Positions 54,101 to 64,000 of a DNA stretch of 64,000 nucleotides are shown in pieces. The notes under the pieces were generated by a model, which worked only from the letters and a program-made list of their open reading frames with translations, ran no database searches and was not told the origin of the DNA. Source of the DNA: Lingula anatina. Its lineage: Eukaryota > Animalia > Brachiopoda. The stretch spans positions 24,166,225 to 24,230,224 of the forward strand of contig CM120640.1 in the NCBI GenBank assembly GCA_051362555.1. The letters are read 5' to 3'. The translations under genes and the position numbers were made by a program. Position 1 is the stretch's first letter. Each line of letters starts with the position of its first letter.

Positions 54101-57100
54101 ACAACATGGAAAATCTTTGAAAATGTGTATCCATTGTGTGGTTCACTAACCAGGCAGTTCACCTTCACCTCACCTAATTTAGTATGAAGTGAAAGGAAAT
54201 GGTTCTGCACCCTGTTCAAAATATGCATATGTATATATACATTAGTAAAGTTACCGCTCATGTTGCCGCCACCTCAACCACTAGCTGAAGTACCACTATC
54301 TTTATTTCCCGCACACCATAGCATCAGCAACATAAACTACAGATATGTTTGACTGCATTATATTTCATAGAGCATTTCTAGCATCTAATTGTGAAACTCA
54401 TCATAACACTTGCCAACTAATTGTATGCCTTTGACAGCATGTCCATTGCCATGGACTTAATGCACCAGTACATGCTGCAGTTTACTAAAATGATAAGCTG
54501 ACCAATTATGAATATCATTTATGTGAAAGAGGTAGAGTATCCATTTTGGTTAGCTTATGTTAATATTATATCTGATCCCTGCACCCCAAATTGTTGGTGA
54601 AGTGGCTTAATTATCCCTTACCTGGTATCTGTTAGGTCACACTAGTATTTGTTATACAATCACCCAAGGTCCTTGCATTTCAGCAAAAGTAAACTGTCCA
54701 ATAAATTACTCTGAACTCACCTGCACTTTCTGACATTATCAACTTGTCTCAATCAATCAACATACCACCATGTATTTTTCTACAACAGTGGTATGCAGTG
54801 TGAAAAATGTTATTACTACACAGCGCAGAATATGACCAACCCCTGCCACAACCAATCTCCAGCTTTTGTAGCATCTATGTGATTTGCCTGCTCCAGTACT
54901 ATGAAGAACACTTACCTGTGCTTTGGCTGTGGCCTGTTTATTGATCTCATTCTGTTTTTCTGCAAATTGTAAAAATATGAGTAAGACACTTCCCTTACTT
55001 ATGCAAACACAACTGTAAACAACATTCCAGATCACAAATTATGTTATTCTCTCTCTCTTTTTTTACACTGAAACATGCTATGATATTTAACCCAGGGACA
55101 AAGAGCTTTGATCTTATCCCACCAACCCCTTCAAATGGTTCAGATATTTATTGTCAACATAACAATCTTTCAGACTTAATAGGACCAGCAGTGGAAATGG
55201 CCTCGGTTAGCTAAATCTTAGATTTAGACTGAGAAAAGGTAGACTTATTACGCGACCTTAGACCTATCTGGCTGCACTGCAAGTAAAAAAGGAGAAAAAC
55301 AACTACACCCATAAGGTAGCTACCTGTTTCTGAGTCAGAAGATTCAATTTCGTCGTCCTCCTCCTCACTACTTTCTTCACTACTAGAGCTACTCTTCTTC
55401 CCATCGTCTGTGGGCTGGTTGAGTAAGGCCTCAAGCTGCAGGCGTTCTTGATTTACATTCTGTGATATTATGTGCTGCTTCTGATCTATACTCATTCTGG
55501 TGACAGATGTTCTAAACATAAAAGAAATGACAAATTTTAAATATTCACTTCAGCAAAAAAAAAAAACTTAATTTCACTTGACAGATTTCTTCAATTACAA
55601 TTTACTCATTTTTGGCGATTTATTAGAAAATCTAATCTGAATATAATTTCATATTTGACACAAATATAACAACAGACCCATCACTTAAGTATGTAAGACT
55701 CATACCTCCTCTTCATTGGTTTATTTGTTGTAATAATCTCTTTGTCCAATGTTTTCTTGTCCACTTTGAGCTAAAATGGAATTCAAACTTGCCAGAATAC
55801 ATAATAATCATAACTGCAATATCTAATCTCCACAAAGTTTAAATATAGCCCCACGCCTACCCCCCAAAAGAAGCTTAATATAAAAGAAAATTATAGCAAT
55901 TTTCAAATATACAATGCTGATCATCCTAAAACTACTGTCTCTTGAGTTACCAGTCTGACCACTTACTGTTGCTTGTTTTTTCTTAAGCTCCTCCAGCAGT
56001 TTGAGAAGATCAGTGTCTGCTACATCAAAGACAGTCTGGCCCTAAATTAAGAATGAGATTTAAATGACTAAATTGAAAATATCATCTTTAGACAAAAAGA
56101 CCTTTATATTAAGAACCGAACTTATCAATTAAATTTTTTTCAATACAGATATTCTTTAGAAATAAACTGTGAAATTATGACAATAACACAATATTGTAAA
56201 TCAACATGGCTCTAAGAGAAGATAAATTCCACCTACTGAATTGTTTCTTGCCTCCATATCACACATGTTTTCTACTAGAATCTTACAAGATTCTTCCTGT
56301 CCCCAGTGGGCAGCAGCGTGGAGGGGCGTCCAGCCATCATGGTCTTTGGCATCAATGTCCATCCCAGCTTGAAGGAGAATGCTTAAATAAAAAAAAAATC
56401 AGAAGTACTTCTCAGGGTGTTCTGTTACATTATCTCTGAGATAGAACCAAATGCAAGGAAATTTAAAATCTTTGCATTCAAGTGCCTTTACAGCAACTAG
56501 ATGTTCAGAGCTCATTCCCAGCATTCATCAACTGAATGTTTGTCATAACACAAATGTTTCCGCATAATATGGAGAACAATATTAACAAAGAACTGACTTG
56601 AACTGCAATTACATAAACAAAACCAACACACATATAAGACCTTATGCTTCTGAATGTTTCCAAATATAATAAGCTGTTACCTCATCACTCTGAGGTAGCC
56701 CTTTGCTGCAGCAACGTGGAGAGGAGTAGCTCCTGTTTTTGCATGCACCTTGACTTTGGCCAGCCTTGGGTTGTTCAACATTTGGTTGGCATCTGCCAGC
56801 ATCATTTGTTCTTCCTCTTGTCTTGCAGCCTCAGCATCAATCCCTGCAAAACAACACATACCATAAACTATGATACATAAAATCTTACACAAAATCTAAA
56901 ATGAGAGCTCTCTGTGTAACCTGACATGTCTGTTACATTTACTTTCTCACAGGATTTTCTTTTACATTTCTCATCTTATTCCAATGTACACATGCAAATT
57001 GCAAACATCTTCATACCATTTTTATCCATTTCATCTTCCAGCAACCTTTCCATGTCATCTCCCTCAGCAAGATCAAATGGCAAGTCTCCATCATTGTTGC

Positions 57101-60100
57101 ATGCTGCCACATTAGCACCATTTTCAAGTAACAACCTGAAAACAACATTTGTTTTGTTTATAATTGATTGAGGCAGGTGTGAGCGAAGTTAGTTACTTAT
57201 ATAAAGCAAAATGTGATGTTTGCTAAAAGGGGGATTGTACATAGGGATCTACACTATAAACAAGACCAATTTCATTTGATTCAATGCAGAAAAACACACA
57301 GCACTAAATAAAATTCAGAACCTTTGGGGTAGAGAAAGGGCCATTCCGTGGTATTTGGTCCGCAGACCTCAAAATTTCAAAAAGGAATCCTACTTATAAA
57401 ACTTATAATTTCTGAAACCAGACATCATAAGACACCAGAATCCAAAAGAAATTTTAGGTTTTGATGATTAATTATGATTTTATTGACACTTTTATCTGGA
57501 AAACTTATAAAATAGTGTCACGGAAGGACATTTTTATTTTTGATATATTTTTCATAATAGAGATCATTTTAAACAATAAAGGCTAAATACATTAAATATA
57601 ACCTATTTCTTACATTGAGTCAGGTGCATTAGATGAAAAAAATATTTAATTATGAAATAATGGATTAATCAATATCAATTTGTCCTTCCGAGATGATTTT
57701 GGTACCTATTTTTTAAGTTTTCTCAGTAACTACAAAAGCTAAAAACTTATAACTTCATATTCTCCTCAACCATGAAAGGGGCCAACAAAATATGAAATTA
57801 TTTTTGCTTAGAACCACTTAAGTAAGAAATTAAATCCAAATATATAAGCATTAAACATGACACCTAGCACAGTGGAAGCACGTATGAGGCATTTTGATTG
57901 GACCATAACAGGTCATGTGACCAATGAGCCCCAAAACCCTTATGTCTTTCAAGATAATCTTGAACTTAAAATTCACAATTATTATATATAGAAGCATTTT
58001 TAAACTGAGAAACATTTCATTTGAATGAATAATATTGAAGTTATTATAATTTAGACAATTGATTATATTTATAATTAATAGATTTGGCAAGAATTTCTCA
58101 AAAAATGTCCCAATATTATTTAAAGATGATCAGAGCAGATGAGAACTTATATTATAGTCAAAATATTAGTAACATGTTTGAAGATGAAATATATTACCAC
58201 GGAAAGACATGTTTACATTTGATATTATTCATCAAAATTATGCTGGTATGTATTCATAAAATATTATTATTAGCCTTATTTTACATTTTATTTAGCAATG
58301 GACAAAACGTCCTTCCGAGACGTGTCCTTCCATGACACCTACTTGATTTTTTTATATGCAAAATTTTCAAATTTATTATTTTTTTTCCAAAAAAAATTTT
58401 ATACACTGAGAAAGTAAAATAATCAAATATTCATATTTTGATTTGATTTTAAAAACATCTACACAGACAGAGCAGAATTTAAGTGTTGAAGTTGAAAGTT
58501 AAAATTCCATGTCCATTTCACTTCCTTCCGAGATGCTAACTATTTATTATAATTTTTTCGTAACTTTAATTTTTTTAAACCTAATTTTTTGCCTAATTAT
58601 AACTTACATATAGAAGAATAAACATACAAAAAATGGACCTTATAACTTTTTTACTTTTGAAAATATTTTCATTTGAAGTGTCAAATGTCCTTCCATAACA
58701 GCAAAAAAATACCACGGAATGGCCCGAAAAGGAAATCTGATTAAATTTTCTATCAAATACAGAGCATATTTTTGATAGGCCTTCGAACCAAATACCAGTT
58801 GAACTGTAAAATTGTGTAATTCATTCTTGAAAACATAGTCACCTTCTGCCCCACCCCAAGGGTAACTTTTATGCCTGAGATTCTGTACTCATGTTCTAAA
58901 TAGACACATTGTGTGCACCGATTGTTCCTCGCCAGTCCCAGGGGGTGTGTCAAAAATTATGTCATCTATATAACTTCAAACAAAAAAGGTGTAACCATGC
59001 ATCTCCCGGAGATATTCATTACACACAGTATGCCTTTTCTGGCTTCATCTCACAAGTACAACTTCTTCTTGCTTATCAATGAAGCATTACGCAAAGATTC
59101 AACCCAAACAAACCCAGAGGGACAATGTAAATCACAAACAGTACCACTAGGTATGTGTTTCTTATAGATCTAGTTGAGAATATTTTCAACCGCACATAAT
59201 ATTGGAAAAAGTAATGTCTGTTACAGCCACCCAACTCCTACTATAAAACACGCTTACAAAAATATAACATTCATTTCAGCATTTCTCCTTGATTGACCTT
59301 CTCTATACATACAAACTAGGTAAGAATAACATGATTAAATCTGCCTCAAAAGAAAGTCTCCCACAGAATAAGGAGCATTTTATTCAATTTTAGTTTGCCA
59401 TAGGGCCTTTAACACAAATGTATTTTTTAAGACAACCCAGACAGTTTTTCTTCAGAATTGATGTAATATCTGGTTACAACATATCCAGTTCAATATGAAT
59501 TACAGGAATTCCTGATGAGAAATAGCACAAGCATAGAATATGTTGCTTGGCCTCTCAAGAATGAGGTTGAACATCAGCATAACATGCATTATCTAATAGA
59601 GCTATTCTTATTTCTTAAATAGTCTGCACATCAATCATAAAAAAGCCAAAAGACCATAAATTATCCATGTTGCTTCATGTTTTTTAAGTAATGACAAAAG
59701 TCACTGTTTTACACAAGACACAGAAGTACATCTCTTTTGTCTCTCCACGCTTTTTACAGTCTGACTTCAACAATTCCCAAATTATAAAATTTGAATAGCA
59801 AATTACTCCAATAATTGCTTCAAGCAATATAAGTGGTAAAGGTGGGAGGTAAATGTGTCCATCTTCATCTAACAATGCAATGTTCAACAGTGGACTCACC
59901 ACTCTGACCTCATCAACCATGTCGCTGTCATCAGGACAATTTGATAATCTAATTACAGATATAAACAGATTTATGATACCATAGTTTACCCATTCATCAT
60001 ATAATATGACACATATCACAAGCTAAGAAGGTTTTATGCCAATAATCTTTGCTCAAAACCAGTAATGTATGTTGGAGGTTGCCACCAATTGTTTTTGTTT

Positions 60101-63100
60101 TCACATTAAATTTAATAAATCCATGCAGTTTGTCTTGTAACTAGATTTGAGGATCAAAGCTTCCTCTAGGTATCACTTCATAGTGACAGCTAAAAAAATA
60201 AACCCAACAGATTACACTCACCTTGCAATTTCTACAAAACCACATGAAGCAGTAGCATGAAGGGGTGTCCACCCTTCATTATCACAAACATTCACATCAG
60301 CACCATATTCCAGCAGAAACTCCACCATGTCATAATTGTCATCTATGCATGCCTAAAACCAAAACAATATTAATTTTAAAATGGATTATATCACTGTTAC
60401 ATGTAGAAGGGTAATTTCATGTTGAAAATACAGATTATGATGGCAAGCTGTTGCATTACTTGCAATGGTTATTTTGAACAATCTGACCCACATACACTAA
60501 CAGCTCAACTTTATCAGATCTGAAAATGTGTAATTTATCAGAAATCATATTGCTCAAAACAAAGTGCTTTTCAATTCCATTAGCTTATATACTTGTATAA
60601 AAAATTATGACAATATTATTCAAGAAGAAATGTATGTTACTGGTGTAATGAGAAGATCATACAGGTTTAACAGCACATCTTTGATGTCACCCAGTCCAAA
60701 TCTTTCTGACATAATGTCTGCTCAAAGCCTTCAAATGAATCTCATGACTAACTGTGTATTATATTCTTGACCACAACTTAGTTGAAAAGGATACATTTCC
60801 ATGTACTGTCACTGAAGTGGATATTCCCCCCATGCCCTAATGGTGTCAGGGAGCTCAGGTTTCAAGATGCCATAGTGGGGATACAATAACAAAGTCATGT
60901 AACTCTGATCTCCTATTCAATTTTACATACAGGAGTTCAGAAGTCATGCACTGTATAGTTGAAGTATATGTTTGCAGAATGAGACCCATGGTTAAATTTG
61001 TAAAAGAGACATAAGTTGAACAATTTTCAAAATAAAAATAATCCATCTTCTTGACTACCATTTAAAGCAAAGTTTGAGGTTTGCTTCAGCAAAGTTTACC
61101 AAAACACACACACACACACACACATGTTCATTTACTTTCTATCATGTAAGCCCTATACTGGAAATCATTTTGACCATTTTCTTCAGAAAAAACACACTTT
61201 CAGTCCTCGATAAAGCATTATTACTTCCTGTATTCTTTACGCCCACTTATCAGACAAACCACACAAAAAGATGTTCAGTACCTTTACACAAAACATTTCT
61301 TCATTCCTTCCCAACAAAGTAAAAGGTCAATACCTTCTTCATCATATCTTTCTGACCAAGTGCAACATTTTATGTACCATAAGTTTGTGTATTTTTTATT
61401 GGAATTTAAACCCAAAATCAAAATATGGCATTTCTCCTCTTATAACATCTGTGACGGTTTTTTTCACCAAGATTTCACATCCGACTTGAAATGATATCAA
61501 AAGTGAATGAAAAGTACATATCTTGAAGTAACCCTTGTCCAGTTGTTTGCCTTAAGATTTCACAGATACACTTAAGAGAAAATACCTGTGTCTGCCCATG
61601 CTGGTTGTAACTAAACACTAAATGCACTTAATGGATAAACCGACAAGGTACATGCTCTATGATGTAACAGCTACAAAGCCTAGACTGCCCACTGACATTC
61701 CACAAGAAATGTCCCAATATATCCAAAAACAAAATATGATTCATGGGATTCACGATTTTTATCCTGACAATTACGGAAACAAGCTTCAAATCAAGTATAT
61801 GATAAAATTTTTGTGCATATTAGGTGTGAAGAACTGCTTACATCCAATGTTATTAATATTAGTGCTTAAGTTTGGTAATTGTTACATAATAAACAGTTAT
61901 ACTTCCAGAAGAAATGAATGATGTCATTCCTCAAATATAAAATTTCCATTGAGGTACGTAAACCACTCACATTCAGTTGTTTCTGCTCTCCAACTCATTT
62001 ACTGTGCAATAAGACATCATATTACAACATGCATTAAACAGTTAAATTATATAAATTATATATGCACTTTTTCTGATAACAATCTAGAACTTTGTCTATA
62101 GATGTTAGGAGCATATTTAACATAGGACGGCAGAGTAGCGAAAGGTCCTAAAACATTCCCTTGGAAATTCTGACAACTGATAACAGAAATACCCCTCCAC
62201 TTCCCCCTAAATAAAAAAGATGCATTGCTTACTCTTCGATCAGACAGAAATAGAACATGGTTTCTATCAACACCAGCCTACATAAAAGGCAGACCATAGT
62301 TTAGCAAAAGAATACTAAGTAAAGATTCCCTAGCTTACCAGAAACCTTACCAACCCAATTTTCTAGTTACCAGTGCAATATATTTTAATGACCTAAACTA
62401 TATTTTCCACATCCAAACATAAATTGGTGTACCAGGAGTCACTTATATGGCTTTCAAGGCATACAATGGGCACACAGTGCTCCAAGAGTACACAGGTAAG
62501 AGATCCCTGGTTCAGTGCCCAGTTCCAGATGCTTATCTTCTAATAAGAAACAACCCTATTTCTAGGCAATTAATAATTCTAGGTTGGCTAGCTAAATTGA
62601 TAGCAGCGGTCAACCAGCACTCACTACTGGTGGTGAAGAATGCTACTGGTCATGCCTGCTAACCAATACCATATGTTTTACTAGCCATATGTCAAAACAT
62701 ATCAGCTGCTTTGCTAACATCAGTCTGGAAATTCATTGCTAAACATTGCCAAAGTCTTAAAAATACACATTCCTGGTCTAATAGATAACATATCCCTTAG
62801 AACAAGTTCTTTGCAAAATATCACTGTGATTTATTAACAATTAAATGAATGTCAATACTGCATCATTCTTAATCTATTTTCAGTGCCTGGTAAAACTTAA
62901 AAACACAATGCATTATTTGAAGCACAACAGAAATAATTTACTGGTGCACTTGTCTTCCTTGGCCTACTACTGCTCATGGATGAAACAACAAGTTAAAAGT
63001 ATGATCAATTAAATATTAATTCGATTACACAGCATTTAACAAAAACTAATAATTTGATTATAATGAAATCTAACATTCATTCTAGATGATAATGAAATCT

Positions 63101-63987
63101 TAAACTCATTCAAGATCACAGAGATGTGATAAACCCAAGGGTGTTTTATTGCAGGAAATTAAGGCAGAAATAATGACAAGGTGGAATTTTTTTCAGAACC
63201 CAAAACATTTACAACGAAATATGAAAAGTAATACAATTCCAGCAGTAAACAATGATTACCATAATAAATTATTTTATAAAGTATTTTAAATAATCCACCT
63301 CCTCTATATTTAAAAAAAAAAGGAAATTATAAAAGTTTAACTCACCACTTTTAAAACAGGGTCAGAGAGTGTGTCCAGGTAGATAGATTACATGATAAGA
63401 GAGAAATTCAAATATAAAGGTGTGTTGTACTTTCGTTTTTCACTTGTAGTATTGTGAAAAGATAGACGCGTATGTAATTTGGTCTTTTCCATCCATATAT
63501 TGTTTGAATAAGCTATATGGGGAGTTGTTTTTATGATTTCACTTCGACTCGTGAGAGAAACTGTAAGGATGAGCAAATGACCATCCCCTTCAACGGCGGC
63601 CATCTTGAAAATCAATCCTTTTTGCATGCCCCCTCCCATGAAAGGTTTATCGGTTTTCAAATTATCGTGGTACTGAACAGACAACAAGGACTCCATAGGT
63701 AAATTTCGGGGTTTACTGGTAAAAACGTAAATGAACTGTACCTGATGTAATGCTGTTAATCCATCAACGTTTGCCGTGTTGATGTCTGCACCCTTCTCCA
63801 AGAGGTGCTGTACCTCATCCGTGTCTCCGCTTGAACACGCTGCTAAAAAGACACATCCATCTTGAAACTGAACTTTGACAGGCTGTGTAGGTCGATCAAC
63901 TGCTTCGTTGTTTGTTTCAGAGTTCTGCCACCGAAGTAACTGTTCGTGCCTTCTTATCAAGGCACTTTTCTGTTTGTCGTCCGCCAT
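35535..63987 (-). CDS. PPP1R12A: Protein phosphatase 1 regulatory subunit 12A (MYPT1/MBS), 24 coding exons, ~1083 aa
   Basis: Phase-consistent GT-AG exons: 63987-63742, 60352-60222, 57135-57017, 56843-56681, 56381-56237, 56041-55967, 55770-55706, 55511-55324, 54959-54916, 53491-53210, 51144-51064, 49871-49674, 49213-49137, 47793-47533, 47154-47064, 46816-46661, 46460-46373, 45470-45264, 44846-44761, 44590-44519, 38711-38523, 37742-37593, 37309-37259, 35621-35535. Motifs: MyPhoNE (RHEQLLRW), RVxF (KVQF), ankyrin repeats, acidic patch, WRAGLRKTGS, RSASSP, RRSTQGVTL (T696-equivalent), RRSTG (T853-equivalent), C-terminal ENGALIRVISKLSK*. Confidence 0.95.
36824..36913 (-). CDS. PPP1R12A: MYPT1 alternative terminal leucine-zipper exon (variant LZ)
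   Basis: ttttcag|QMESIKAENAKLKEENKALTRVVARLSKH* followed at once by donor gtaaca; paralogous to exon 35621-35535. Confidence 0.8.
   Translation of the reverse strand, partial: QMESIKAENAKLKEENKALTRVVARLSKH
37259..37309 (-). CDS. PPP1R12A: MYPT1 exon 23
   Basis: ERRALERKLSEYEEELK (vertebrate ERRALERRISEMEEELK). Confidence 0.93.
37593..37742 (-). CDS. PPP1R12A: MYPT1 exon 22 (coiled coil)
   Basis: LYEEEKAENEKLRKEIQRLQQEMSESKLESEKLKQKNDTRVVDSSTSDKR|gtaagt. Confidence 0.9.
38523..38711 (-). CDS. PPP1R12A: MYPT1 exon 21
   Basis: ASSRYSTGSRYGAGSEG...LDSAKEYKK|gtaaat; phase 0/0. Confidence 0.88.
41055..41441 (-). CDS. Putative alternative first coding exon of MYPT1 (Gly/Ser/Tyr-rich) for a short M20-like isoform
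   Basis: ATG-initiated 129-codon ORF MSYGGGYGSYGSS...SSIGS ending at a phase-0 donor (AGT|gtaagg), in frame with exon 38711. Its upstream acceptor (cag|T ATG) is out of phase with exon 20. Confidence 0.7.
44519..44590 (-). CDS. PPP1R12A: MYPT1 exon 20
   Basis: EAEKNREKKTEETKEASDGTNGTD|gtgagt; phase 0/0. Confidence 0.85.
44761..44846 (-). CDS. PPP1R12A: MYPT1 exon 19 (T853-equivalent site)
   Basis: DPRDKSSAIRARRKRTERRSTGIVYFNE|gtaagc. Confidence 0.9.
45264..45470 (-). CDS. PPP1R12A: MYPT1 exon 18
   Basis: YVPRSLRNSQF...EKEKDKESK; phase 1/1. Confidence 0.82.
46373..46460 (-). CDS. PPP1R12A: MYPT1 exon 17
   Basis: DESRSARRTRENRDTNTATAAPTASTYDS; phase 0/1. Confidence 0.82.
46661..46816 (-). 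CDS. PPP1R12A: MYPT1 exon 16
   Basis: GVTLEDLEEVLAKQK...ERRKALEE; phase 0/0. Confidence 0.9.
47064..47154 (-). CDS. PPP1R12A: MYPT1 exon 15 (inhibitory T696-equivalent site)
   Basis: SYLPPARDEESETQRKARAKRSRETRRSTQ, continuing as GVTLEDL in the next exon. Confidence 0.93.
47533..47793 (-). CDS. PPP1R12A: MYPT1 exon 14 (central, possibly alternative)
   Basis: ITYPYPTRSNYTANYLN...polyQ...TTTPVR; 261 nt, phase 2/2. Confidence 0.8.
48071..48123. repeat. (TA)n microsatellite
   Basis: About 26 perfect TA units in a MYPT1 intron. Confidence 0.95.
49137..49213 (-). CDS. PPP1R12A: MYPT1 exon 13
   Basis: TTGRSRGTYAGSAAQDSLEQRQRGDR; phase 0/2. Confidence 0.78.
49674..49871 (-). CDS. PPP1R12A: MYPT1 exon 12 (S445/S472-equivalent region)
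   Basis: PASWRAGLRKTGSS...VQRSASSPWLAS resembles vertebrate PASWRLGLRKTGSY...TRSASSPRLSS. Confidence 0.9.
51064..51144 (-). CDS. PPP1R12A: MYPT1 exon 11 (possible cassette)
   Basis: ASVQPATLHSNLERQSSAPARIAGQRQ|gtaaga; 81 nt, phase 0/0. Confidence 0.65.
53210..53491 (-). CDS. PPP1R12A: MYPT1 exon 10
   Basis: DTVTTTTAAAETPTEPEPQ...KREAEDK|gtatgg; 282 nt, phase 0/0. Confidence 0.82.
54916..54959 (-). CDS. PPP1R12A: MYPT1 exon 9
   Basis: EKQNEINKQATAKAQ|gtaagt; phase 1/0. Confidence 0.82.
55324..55511 (-). CDS. PPP1R12A: MYPT1 exon 8 (acidic patch)
   Basis: TSVTRMS...SSSSSEESSEEEDDEIESSDSET; phase 2/1. Confidence 0.88.
55706..55770 (-). CDS. PPP1R12A: MYPT1 exon 7
   Basis: LKVDKKTLDKEIITTNKPMKRR; phase 0/2 fits neighbours. 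Confidence 0.85.
55967..56041 (-). CDS. PPP1R12A: MYPT1 exon 6
   Basis: GQTVFDVADTDLLKLLEELKKKQAT|gtaagt. Confidence 0.9.
56237..56381 (-). CDS. PPP1R12A: MYPT1 exon 5 (ankyrin)
   Basis: ILLQAGMDIDAKDHDGWTPLHAAAHWGQEESCKILVENMCDMEARNNS. Confidence 0.92.
56681..56843 (-). CDS. PPP1R12A: MYPT1 exon 4 (ankyrin)
   Basis: IDAEAARQEEEQMMLADA...TGATPLHVAAAKGYLRVM; phase 1/2. Confidence 0.92.
57017..57135 (-). CDS. PPP1R12A: MYPT1 exon 3 (ankyrin)
   Basis: LLLENGANVAACNNDGDLPFDLAEGDDMERLLEDEMDKN; phase 2/1. Confidence 0.92.
57338..58725. mobile_element. Non-autonomous DNA transposon (1388 bp) in MYPT1 intron 2, possibly Sola2-like
   Basis: 19-bp TIR GGGCCATTCCGTGGTATTT / AAATACCACGGAATGGCCC; GAAA directly on both flanks (4-bp TSD); repeated internal GTCCTTCCR motifs; very AT-rich; no transposase ORF. 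Confidence 0.8.
60222..60352 (-). CDS. PPP1R12A: MYPT1 exon 2 (ankyrin)
   Basis: ACIDDNYDMVEFLLEYGADVNVCDNEGWTPLHATASCGFVEIA; tag/gtgagt. Confidence 0.93.
61084..61103. repeat. (CA)n microsatellite
   Basis: About 10 AC units. Confidence 0.85.
63595..63607 (-). promoter_or_regulatory. YY1 consensus site near the 5' end of MYPT1 intron 1
   Basis: CAAGATGGCCGCC on the minus strand. Confidence 0.45.
63742..63987 (-). CDS. PPP1R12A: MYPT1 coding exon 1 (MyPhoNE, RVxF, first ankyrin repeat)
   Basis: MADDKQKSALIRRHEQLLRWQ...KVQFQDGCVFLAACSSGD...GLTALHQ|gtacag. Confidence 0.95.
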
Positions 63988-64000
63988 TACTGCCTGCAAC

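Noticed and set aside
52-62662. Most 60-130 aa ORFs in the supplied track
   Set aside because: Intronic, UTR or antisense chance ORFs in AT-rich DNA with no domain or splice support.
63388-63741. 3' part of the 203-aa ORF 63388..63999
   Set aside because: Read-through into intron 1 after the donor at 63741; similarity to MYPT1 stops at ALHQ.

Overview
AT-rich, intron-rich animal genomic DNA, probably an invertebrate bilaterian; the species cannot be determined from the sequence. I reconstructed three spliced protein-coding genes by hand from GT-AG boundaries and codon phase. (1) PPP1R12A/MYPT1, minus strand, 63987->35535, 24 coding exons, ~1083 aa. (2) PAWR/Par-4, minus strand, 28956->16937, 6 exons, ~369 aa. 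(3) AKIP1, plus strand, 12687->14154, 5 exons, 157 aa. A fourth gene, divergent from AKIP1 on the minus strand, shows only probable 5'-UTR exons; DENND2B/ST5 is a guess from synteny. The most striking unexplained signal is an array of six dispersed 26-nt stem-loops (30885-32587) in the probable distal MYPT1 3'UTR, with a near-invariant loop and covarying stems. MYPT1 also shows several candidate isoform switches: two paralogous terminal leucine-zipper exons, a stop-containing microexon at the vertebrate exon-24 position, an internal ATG exon giving an M20-like small subunit with a G/S/Y-rich domain, and an Rbfox-flanked central cassette. PAWR shares exon boundaries with the 3' half of MYPT1. 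Also present are MITEs, a 1.39-kb TIR element and a repeated TALE+POU-like motif cluster. Gene identities rest on my recall of vertebrate sequences, not on database searches.
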